A stretch of 64,000 bases of DNA. Source: the human T2T-CHM13v2.0 reference genome, Homo sapiens. Of this stretch, positions 54,201 to 64,000 are shown piece by piece. The position numbers and the translations under genes are program-made. Below the pieces are notes generated by a model, which was not told where the DNA came from, made no database searches, and saw only the letters and a list, made by a program, of their open reading frames with translations. Numbering within the stretch: the stretch's first letter is position 1; each line of letters starts with the position of its first letter. The stretch is taken from assembly GCF_009914755.1 (NCBI RefSeq), contig NC_060940.1. The stretch is one strand, 5' to 3'.

Positions 54201-57200
54201 GATTTGAAACACTCTTTTTGTGGAATTTGCAAGTGGAGATTTCAAGCGCTTCGATGCCAATGGTAGAAAAGGAAATATCTTCGTATAAAAACAAGACAAA
54301 CTCGTTCCCAGACACTGCGTAGTGATGTGTGTGTTTAACTCACTGAGTTTAACCTTTCTTTTCATACAGCATTCTGGAAACCCTCTGTTTGTAAAGTCTG
54401 CAAGTGGATATTTGGACCTCTTAGATGCCTTCGTTGGAAACGGGATTTCTTCGTATAATGCTAGAGGGAAGAATTCTTAGTAACTTCTTTGTGTTGTGTG
54501 TATTCAACTGACAGAGTTGAACCTTCCTTTAGACAGAGCAGATTTGAAAGTCTCTTTTTGTGGAATTTGCAAGTGGAGATTTCAAGCGCTTTGAGGCCAA
54601 AAGCAGAAAAGGAAATATTTTCCTATAAAAACTCGACAGAATCTTTCTCAGAAACTGCTCTGGGATGTGTGCGTTCAACTCACAGAGTTTAACTTTTCTT
54701 TTCATTCAGCAGTTTGGAAACACTCTGTTTGGAAAGTCTGCACGTGGATATTTTGACCTCTTTGAGGCCTTCGTTGGAAACGGGTTTTTTTCATGTAAGG
54801 CTAGACAGAAGAAATCTCAGTAACTTCCTTGTGTTGTGTGTATTCAACTGACAGAGTTGAACCTTCCTTTAGACAGAGCAGATTCGAAACACTCTTTTTC
54901 TGCAATTTGCAAGTGGAGACTTCAAGCGCTTTGAGGCCAAAGGCAGAAAAGGAAATATCTTCGTATAAAAACCCGACAGAATCATTCTCAGAAACTGCTC
55001 TGTGATGTGTGCGTTCAACTCACAGAGTTTAACTTTTCTTTTCATTCAGCAGTTTGGAAACACTCTGTTTGTAAAGTCTGCAAGTGGATATCTTGGCCTC
55101 TTAGAGGCCTTCGTTGGAAACGGGTTTTTTCATGTAAGGATAGACACAGGAATTCCCAGTAACTTCCTTGTGTTGTGTGCATTCAACTCACAGAGTTGAA
55201 TGATTCTTTACACAGAGCAGATTTGAGACACTCTTTGGGTGGAATTTGTAAGTGGAGAATTCAGCCGCTTTGAGGTCAACGGTAGAAAAGGAAATATCTT
55301 CGTATAAAATCTAGACAGAATGATTCTCAGAAACTGTTTTTTGATGTGTGCGTTCAACTCACAGAGTTTAACCTTTCTTTTCAGAGAGCAGTTAGGAAAC
55401 ACTCTGTTTGTAAAGTCTGCAAGTGGATATTCAGACCTCTTTGAGGCCTTCGTTGGAAACGGGATTTCTTCATATTATGCTAGACAGATGAATTCTCAGT
55501 AACTTCCTTGTGTTGTGTGTATTCAACTCACAGAGTTGAACGATCCTTTACACAGAGCAGATTTGAAACACTGTTTTTCTGGAATTTGCAAGTGGAGATT
55601 TCAGCCGCTTTGAGGTCAATGGTAGAAAAGGAAATATCTTCGTATAAAAACTAGACAGAATGATTCTCAGAAACTCCTTTGTGATGTGTGCGTTCAACTC
55701 ACAGGGTTTAACCTTTCTTTTCACAGAGCAGTTAGGAAACACTCTGTTTGTGAAGCCTGCCAGTGGATATTCGGACCTCTTTGAGGCCTTCGTTGGAAAC
55801 GGGATTTCTTCATATTATGATAGACAGAAGATTTCTCAGTAACTTCTTTGTGTTGTGTGTATGCAACTCACAGAGTTCAACCTTCCTTTAGACAGAGCAG
55901 ATTTGAAACACTCTTTTTGTGGAATTTGCAAGTGGAGATTTCAAGCGCTTCGATGCCAATGGTAGAAAAGGAAATATCTTCGTATAAAAACAAGACAAAC
56001 TCGTTCCCAGACACTGCGTAGTGATGTGTGTGTTTAACTCACTGAGTTTAACCTTTCTTTTCATACAGCATTCTGGAAACCCTCTGTTTGTAAAGTCTGC
56101 AAGTGGATATTTGGACCTCTTAGATGCCTTCGTTGGAAACGGGATTTCTTCGTATAATGCTAGAGGGAAGAATTCTTAGTAACTTCTTTGTGTTGTGTGT
56201 ATTCAACTGACAGAGTTGAACCTTCCTTTAGACAGAGCAGATTTGAAAGTCTCTTTTTGTGGAATTTGCAAGTGGAGATTTCAAGCGCTTTGAGGCCAAA
56301 AGCAGAAAAGGAAATATTTTCCTATAAAAACTCGACAGAATCTTTCTCAGAAACTGCTCTGGGATGTGTGCGTTCAACTCACAGAGTTTAACTTTTCTTT
56401 TCATTCAGCAGTTTGGAAACACTCTGTTTGGAAAGTCTGCACGTGGATATTTTGACCTCTTTGAGGCCTTCGTTGGAAACGGGTTTTTTTCATGTAAGGC
56501 TAGACAGAAGAAATCTCAGTAACTTCCTTGTGTTGTGTGTATTCAACTGACAGAGTTGAACCTTCCTTTAGACAGAGCAGATTCGAAACACTCTTTTTCT
56601 GCAATTTGCAAGTGGAGACTTCAAGCGCTTTGAGGCCAAAGGCAGAAAAGGAAATATCTTCGTATAAAAACCCGACAGAATCATTCTCAGAAACTGCTCT
56701 GTGATGTGTGCGTTCAACTCACAGAGTTTAACTTTTCTTTTCATTCAGCAGTTTGGAAACACTCTGTTTGTAAAGTCTGCAAGTGGATATCTTGGCCTCT
56801 TAGAGGCCTTCGTTGGAAACGGGTTTTTTCATGTAAGGATAGACACAGGAATTCCCAGTAACTTCCTTGTGTTGTGTGCATTCAACTCACAGAGTTGAAT
56901 GATTCTTTACACAGAGCAGATTTGAGACACTCTTTGGGTGGAATTTGTAAGTGGAGAATTCAGCCGCTTTGAGGTCAACGGTAGAAAAGGAAATATCTTC
57001 GTATAAAATCTAGACAGAATGATTCTCAGAAACTGTTTTTTGATGTGTGCGTTCAACTCACAGAGTTTAACCTTTCTTTTCAGAGAGCAGTTAGGAAACA
57101 CTCTGTTTGTAAAGTCTGCAAGTGGATATTCAGACCTCTTTGAGGCCTTCGTTGGAAACGGGATTTCTTCATATTATGCTAGACAGATGAATTCTCAGTA

Positions 57201-60200
57201 ACTTCCTTGTGTTGTGTGTATTCAACTCACAGAGTTGAACGATCCTTTACACAGAGCAGATTTGAAACACTGTTTTTCTGGAATTTGCAAGTGGAGATTT
57301 CAGCCGCTTTGAGGTCAATGGTAGAAAAGGAAATATCTTCGTATAAAAACTAGACAGAATGATTCTCAGAAACTCCTTTGTGATGTGTGCGTTCAACTCA
57401 CAGAGTTTAACCTTTCTTTTCACAGAGCAGTTAGGAAACACTCTGTTTGTGAAGCCTGCCAGTGGATAATCGGACCTCTTTGAGGCATTCGTTGGAAACG
57501 GGATTTCTTCATATTATGCTAGACAGAAGATTTCTCAGTAACTTCTTTGTGTTGTGTGTATGCAACTTACAGAGTTCAACCTTCCTTTAGAGAGAGCATA
57601 TTTGAAACACTCTTTTTGTGGAATTTGCAAGTGGAGATTTCAAGCGCTTCGATGCAAATGGTAGAAAAGGAAATATCTTCGTATAAAAACAAGACAAACT
57701 CGTTCCCAGACACTGCGTAGTGATGTGTGTGTTTAACTCACAGAGTTTAACCTTTCTTTTCATACAGCATTCTGGAAACCCTGTGTTTGTAAAGTCTGCA
57801 AGTGGATATTTGGACCTTTTAGATGCCTTCGTTGGAAACGGGATTTCTTCATATAATGCTAGAGGGAAGAATTCTTAGTAACTTCTTTGTGTTGTGTGTA
57901 TTCAACTGACAGAGTTGAACCTTCCTTTAGACAGAGCAGATTTGAAAGTCTCTTTTTGTGGAATTTGCAAGTGGAGATTTCAAGCGCTTTGAGGCCAAAA
58001 GCAGAAAAGGAAATATTTTCCTATAAAAACTCGACAGAATCATTCTCAGAAACTGCTCTGTGATGTGTGCGTTCAACTCACAGAGTTTAACTTTTCTTTT
58101 CATTCAGCAGTTTGGAAACACTGTTTGGAAAGTCTGCACGTGGATATTTTGACCTCTTTGAGGCCTTCGTTGGAAACGGGTTTTTTTCATGTAAGGCTAG
58201 ACAGAAGAAATCTCAGTAACTTCCTTGTGTTGTGTGTATTCAACTGACAGAGTTGAACCTTCCTTTAGACAGAGCAGATTCGAAACACTCTTTTTCTGCA
58301 ATTTGCAAGTGGAGACTTCAAGCGCTTTGAGACCAAAGGCAGAAAAGGAAATATCTTCGTATAAAAACCCGACAGAATCATTCTCAGAAACTGCTCTGTG
58401 ATGTGTGCGTTCAACTCACAGAGTTTAACTTTTCTTTTCATTCAGCAGTTTGGAAACACTCTGTTTGTAAAGTCTGCAAGTGGATATCTTGGCCTCTTAG
58501 AGGCCTTCGTTGGAAACGGGTTTTTTCATGTAAGGATAGACAGAGGAATTCCCAGTAACTTCCTTGTGTTGTGTGCATTCAACTCACAGAGTTGAATGAT
58601 TCTTTACACAGAGCAGATTTGAGACACTCTTTTGGTGGAATTTGTAAGTGGAGAATTCAGCCGCTTTGAGGTCAACGGTAGAAAAGGAAATATCTTCGTA
58701 TAAAAACTAGACAGAATGATTCTCAGAAACTGTTTTGTGATGTGTGCGTTCAACTCACAGAGTTTAACCTTTCTTTTCAGAGAGCAGTTAGGAAACACTC
58801 TGTTTGTAAAGTCTGCAAGTGGATATTCAGACCTCTTTGAGGCCTTCGTTGGAAACGGGATTTCTTCATATTATGCTAGACAGATGAATTCTCAGTAACT
58901 TCCTTGTGTTGTGTGTATTCAACTCACAGAGTTGAACGATCCTTTACACAGAGCAGATTTGAAACACTGTTTTTCTGGAATTTGCAAGTGGAGATTTCAG
59001 CCGCTTTGAGGTCAATGGTAGAAAAGGAAATATCTTCGTATAAAAACTAGACAGAATGATTCTCAGAAACTCCTTTGTGATGTGTGCGTTCAACTCACAG
59101 AGTTTAACCTTTCTTTTCACAGAGCAGTTAGGAAACACTCTGTTTGTGAAGCCTGCCAGTGGATATTCGGACCTCTTTGAGGCCTTCGTTGGAAACGGGA
59201 TTTCTTCATATTATGATAGACAGAAGATTTCTCAGTAACTTCTTTGTGTTGTGTGTATGCAACTCACAGAGTTCAACCTTCCTTTAGACAGAGCAGATTT
59301 GAAACACTCTTTTTGTGGAATTTGCAAGTGGAGATTTCAAGCGCTTCGATGCCAATGGTAGAAAAGGAAATATCTTCGTATAAAAACAAGACAAACTCGT
59401 TCCCAGACACTGCGTAGTGATGTGTGTGTTTAACTCACTGAGTTTAACCTTTCTTTTCATACAGCATTCTGGAAACCCTCTGTTTGTAAAGTCTGCAAGT
59501 GGATATTTGGACCTCTTAGATGCCTTCGTTGGAAACGGGATTTCTTCGTATAATGCTAGAGGGAAGAATTCTTAGTAACTTCTTTGTGTTGTGTGTATTC
59601 AACTGACAGAGTTGAACCTTCCTTTAGACAGAGCAGATTTGAAAGTCTCTTTTTGTGGAATTTGCAAGTGGAGATTTCAAGCGCTTTGAGGCCAAAAGCA
59701 GAAAAGGAAATATTTTCCTATAAAAACTCGACAGAATCTTTCTCAGAAACTGCTCTGGGATGTGTGCGTTCAACTCACAGAGTTTAACTTTTCTTTTCAT
59801 TCAGCAGTTTGGAAACACTCTGTTTGGAAAGTCTGCACGTGGATATTTTGACCTCTTTGAGGCCTTCGTTGGAAACGGGTTTTTTTCATGTAAGGCTAGA
59901 CAGAAGAAATCTCAGTAACTTCCTTGTGTTGTGTGTATTCAACTGACAGAGTTGAACCTTCCTTTAGACAGAGCAGATTCGAAACACTCTTTTTCTGCAA
60001 TTTGCAAGTGGAGACTTCAAGCGCTTTGAGGCCAAAGGCAGAAAAGGAAATATCTTCGTATAAAAACCCGACAGAATCATTCTCAGAAACTGCTCTGTGA
60101 TGTGTGCGTTCAACTCACAGAGTTTAACTTTTCTTTTCATTCAGCAGTTTGGAAACACTCTGTTTGTAAAGTCTGCAAGTGGATATCTTGGCCTCTTAGA

Positions 60201-63200
60201 GGCCTTCGTTGGAAACGGGTTTTTTCATGTAAGGATAGACAGAGGAATTCCCAGTAACTTCCTTGTGTTGTGTGCATTCAACTCACAGAGTTGAATGATT
60301 CTTTACACAGAGCAGATTTGAGACACTCTTTTGGTGGAATTTGTAAGTGGAGAATTCAGCCGCTTTGAGGTCAACGGTAGAAAAGGAAATATCTTCGTAT
60401 AAAAACTAGACAGAATGATTCTCAGAAACTGTTTTGTGATGTGTGCGTTCAACTCACAGAGTTTAACCTTTCTTTTCAAAGAGCAGTTAGGAAACACTCT
60501 GTTTGTAAAGTCTGCAAGAGGATATTCAGACCTCTTTGAGGCCTTCGTTGGAAACGGGATTTCTTCATATTATGCTAGACAGATGAATTCTCAGTAACTT
60601 CCTTGTGTTGTGTGTATTCAACTCACAGAGTTGAACGATCCTTTACACAGAGCAGATTTGAAACACTGTTTTTCTGGAATTTGCAAGTGGAGATTTCAGC
60701 CGCTTTGAGGTCAATGGTAGAAAAGGAAATATCTTCGTATAAAAACTAGACAGAATGATTCTCAGAAACTCCTTTGTGATGTGTGCGTTCAACTCACAGA
60801 GTTTAACCTTTCTTTTCACAGAGCAGTTAGGAAACACTCTGTTTGTGAAGCCTGCCAGTGGATATTCGGACCTCTTTGAGGCCTTCGTTGGAAACGGGAT
60901 TTCTTCATATTATGATAGACAGAAGATTTCTCAGTAACTTCTTTGTGTTGTGTGTATGCAACTCACAGAGTTCAACCTTCCTTTAGACAGAGCAGATTTG
61001 AAACACTCTTTTTGTGGAATTTGCAAGTGGAGATTTCAAGCGCTTCGATGCCAATGGTAGAAAAGGAAATATCTTCGTATAAAAACAAGACAAACTCGTT
61101 CCCAGACACTGCGTAGTGATGTGTGTGTTTAACTCACTGAGTTTAACCTTTCTTTTCATACAGCATTCTGGAAACCCTCTGTTTGTAAAGTCTGCAAGTG
61201 GATATTTGGACCTCTTAGATGCCTTCGTTGGAAACGGGATTTCTTCGTATAATGCTAGAGGGAAGAATTCTTAGTAACTTCTTTGTGTTGTGTGTATTCA
61301 ACTGACAGAGTTGAACCTTCCTTTAGACAGAGCAGATTTGAAAGTCTCTTTTTGTGGAATTTGCAAGTGGAGATTTCAAGCGCTTTGAGGCCAAAAGCAG
61401 AAAAGGAAATATTTTCCTATAAAAACTCGACAGAATCTTTCTCAGAAACTGCTCTGGGATGTGTGCGTTCAACTCACAGAGTTTAACTTTTCTTTTCATT
61501 CAGCAGTTTGGAAACACTCTGTTTGGAAAGTCTGCACGTGGATATTTTGACCTCTTTGAGGCCTTCGTTGGAAACGGGTTTTTTTCATGTAAGGCTAGAC
61601 AGAAGAAATCTCAGTAACTTCCTTGTGTTGTGTGTATTCAACTGACAGAGTTGAACCTTCCTTTAGACAGAGCAGATTCGAAACACTCTTTTTCTGCAAT
61701 TTGCAAGTGGAGACTTCAAGCGCTTTGAGGCCAAAGGCAGAAAAGGAAATATCTTCGTATAAAAACCCGACAGAATCATTCTCAGAAACTGCTCTGTGAT
61801 GTGTGCGTTCAACTCACAGAGTTTAACTTTTCTTTTCATTCAGCAGTTTGGAAACACTCTGTTTGTAAAGTCTGCAAGTGGATATCTTGGCCTCTTAGAG
61901 GCCTTCGTTGGAAACGGGTTTTTTCATGTAAGGATAGACACAGGAATTCCCAGTAACTTCCTTGTGTTGTGTGCATTCAACTCACAGAGTTGAATGATTC
62001 TTTACACAGAGCAGATTTGAGACACTCTTTGGGTGGAATTTGTAAGTGGAGAATTCAGCCGCTTTGAGGTCAACGGTAGAAAAGGAAATATCTTCGTATA
62101 AAATCTAGACAGAATGATTCTCAGAAACTGTTTTTTGATGTGTGCGTTCAACTCACAGAGTTTAACCTTTCTTTTCAGAGAGCAGTTAGGAAACACTCTG
62201 TTTGTAAAGTCTGCAAGTGGATATTCAGACCTCTTTGAGGCCTTCGTTGGAAACGGGATTTCTTCATATTATGCTAGACAGATGAATTCTCAGTAACTTC
62301 CTTGTGTTGTGTGTATTCAACTCACAGAGTTGAACGATCCTTTACACAGAGCAGATTTGAAACACTGTTTTTCTGGAATTTGCAAGTGGAGATTTCAGCC
62401 GCTTTGAGGTCAATGGTAGAAAAGGAAATATCTTCGTATAAAAACTAGACAGAATGATTCTCAGAAACTCCTTTGTGATGTGTGCGTTCAACTCACAGAG
62501 TTTAACCTTTCTTTTCACAGAGCAGTTAGGAAACACTCTGTTTGTGAAGCCTGCCAGTGGATAATCGGACCTCTTTGAGGCATTCGTTGGAAACGGGATT
62601 TCTTCATATTATGCTAGACAGAAGATTTCTCAGTAACTTCTTTGTGTTGTGTGTATGCAACTTACAGAGTTCAACCTTCCTTTAGAGAGAGCATATTTGA
62701 AACACTCTTTTTGTGGAATTTGCAAGTGGAGATTTCAAGCGCTTCGATGCAAATGGTAGAAAAGGAAATATCTTCGTATAAAAACAAGACAAACTCGTTC
62801 CCAGACACTGCGTAGTGATGTGTGTGTTTAACTCACAGAGTTTAACCTTTCTTTTCATACAGCATTCTGGAAACCCTGTGTTTGTAAAGTCTGCAAGTGG
62901 ATATTTGGACCTTTTAGATGCCTTCGTTGGAAACGGGATTTCTTCATATAATGCTAGAGGGAAGAATTCTTAGTAACTTCTTTGTGTTGTGTGTATTCAA
63001 CTGACAGAGTTGAACCTTCCTTTAGACAGAGCAGATTTGAAAGTCTCTTTTTGTGGAATTTGCAAGTGGAGATTTCAAGCGCTTTGAGGCCAAAAGCAGA
63101 AAAGGAAATATTTTCCTATAAAAACTCGACAGAATCATTCTCAGAAACTGCTCTGTGATGTGTGCGTTCAACTCACAGAGTTTAACTTTTCTTTTCATTC

Positions 63201-64000
63201 AGCAGTTTGGAAACACTGTTTGGAAAGTCTGCACGTGGATATTTTGACCTCTTTGAGGCCTTCGTTGGAAACGGGTTTTTTTCATGTAAGGCTAGACAGA
63301 AGAAATCTCAGTAACTTCCTTGTGTTGTGTGTATTCAACTGACAGAGTTGAACCTTCCTTTAGACAGAGCAGATTCGAAACACTCTTTTTCTGCAATTTG
63401 CAAGTGGAGACTTCAAGCGCTTTGAGACCAAAGGCAGAAAAGGAAATATCTTCGTATAAAAACCCGACAGAATCATTCTCAGAAACTGCTCTGTGATGTG
63501 TGCGTTCAACTCACAGAGTTTAACTTTTCTTTTCATTCAGCAGTTTGGAAACACTCTGTTTGTAAAGTCTGCAAGTGGATATCTTGGCCTCTTAGAGGCC
63601 TTCGTTGGAAACGGGTTTTTTCATGTAAGGATAGACAGAGGAATTCCCAGTAACTTCCTTGTGTTGTGTGCATTCAACTCACAGAGTTGAATGATTCTTT
63701 ACACAGAGCAGATTTGAGACACTCTTTTGGTGGAATTTGTAAGTGGAGAATTCAGCCGCTTTGAGGTCAACGGTAGAAAAGGAAATATCTTCGTATAAAA
63801 ACTAGACAGAATGATTCTCAGAAACTGTTTTGTGATGTGTGCGTTCAACTCACAGAGTTTAACCTTTCTTTTCAGAGAGCAGTTAGGAAACACTCTGTTT
63901 GTAAAGTCTGCAAGTGGATATTCAGACCTCTTTGAGGCCTTCGTTGGAAACGGGATTTCTTCATATTATGCTAGACAGATGAATTCTCAGTAACTTCCTT
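36300..64000 (+). repeat. Super-HOR array: three 4-HOR units (6,794 bp) followed by a 3-HOR unit (5,095 bp)
   Basis: GGCATTCG at 37105, 43899, 50693, 57487, 62582 and TGAGACCAAAG at 37950, 44744, 51538, 58332, 63427. Both give spacings of 6794, 6794, 6794 and 5095 bp. Confidence 0.93.

Larger units (their letters stand above)
1..64000 (+). repeat. Alpha satellite HOR array, SF1 dimeric type, 10-mer 1,699 bp HOR, ~37.7 copies (~376 monomers)
   Basis: Alphoid motifs (GATTCTCAGAAACT, GTGTGTATTCAACTCACAGAGTTGAAC, TTTGAAACACTCTTTTTGTGGAATTTGCAAGTGGA) recur every ~170 bp. ORF-track landmarks recur every 1,699 bp (656, 2355; 9147, 10846, 12545), and less where small deletions occur. Orientation is constant throughout. 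Confidence 0.99.
1..64000 (+). other. D16Z2: Probable chromosome 16 active centromeric array D16Z2 (S1C16H1L)
   Basis: Among human SF1 arrays, a ~1.7 kb 10-mer HOR is characteristic of chr16. The other SF1 arrays are dimer/6-mer (chr1/5/19, chr7), 8-mer (chr10, chr12), 17-mer (chr3) or 18-mer (chr6). I saw one Sau3AI site (GATC, 1196) per HOR, which would give a 1.7 kb ladder. The assignment is from recalled knowledge, not alignment. Confidence 0.82.

Noticed and set aside
83-63960. Regularly spaced conserved 17-mer resembling a CRISPR repeat
   Set aside because: It is the CENP-B box. The ~323 bp intervals are themselves repeats rather than unique spacers, and there are no cas genes.
143-63993. 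About 200 short ORFs (60-86 aa) on both strands
   Set aside because: They are translations of alpha satellite that recur with the repeat period. Many use non-ATG starts, they appear or vanish with single variants, and they resemble no real protein family.
1-64000. Transposon insertion (L1/Alu), inversion or unique-sequence island
   Set aside because: The HOR phase is continuous across the window, with landmark spacings of only 1,695-1,699 bp. There is no strand switch, poly-A tail or foreign sequence.
1-64000. Alternative assignments: D1Z7/D5Z2/D19Z3 dimer array or an SF2 10-mer such as D18Z2
   Set aside because: The five dimers are clearly differentiated into a 1,699 bp unit, and the monomer sequences look SF1-like rather than SF2-like. 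An alignment is needed to exclude these formally.

Overview
The whole 64 kb window is one uninterrupted, single-orientation array of primate (human-type) centromeric alpha satellite. Alternating ~170 bp monomers form a ~340 bp dimer, with one monomer carrying a CENP-B box and the other a pJ-alpha/A-type box. Five dimers form a 10-monomer, 1,699 bp higher-order repeat (HOR) present about 37.7 times. The dimeric organisation and monomer sequence fit suprachromosomal family 1 (SF1, J1/J2). A 1.7 kb 10-mer SF1 HOR best matches the chromosome 16 active array D16Z2 (S1C16H1L); this comes from recalled knowledge, not an alignment. I found no genes, RNA genes, transposon insertions, inversions or truncated HORs, and all listed ORFs are artefacts of the repeat. 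I cannot support a novel gene system here. The informative signal is in the copy-to-copy variants: a mosaic left domain (1 to ~22 kb), a 3-HOR duplication (~21.7-31.5 kb), a 2-HOR stretch, and a near-perfect 4-HOR (6,794 bp) super-repeat from ~37 kb that ends in a 3-HOR unit. There are also long-range shared haplotype patches and a few broken CENP-B boxes. All variants were read by eye, so the lists may be incomplete.
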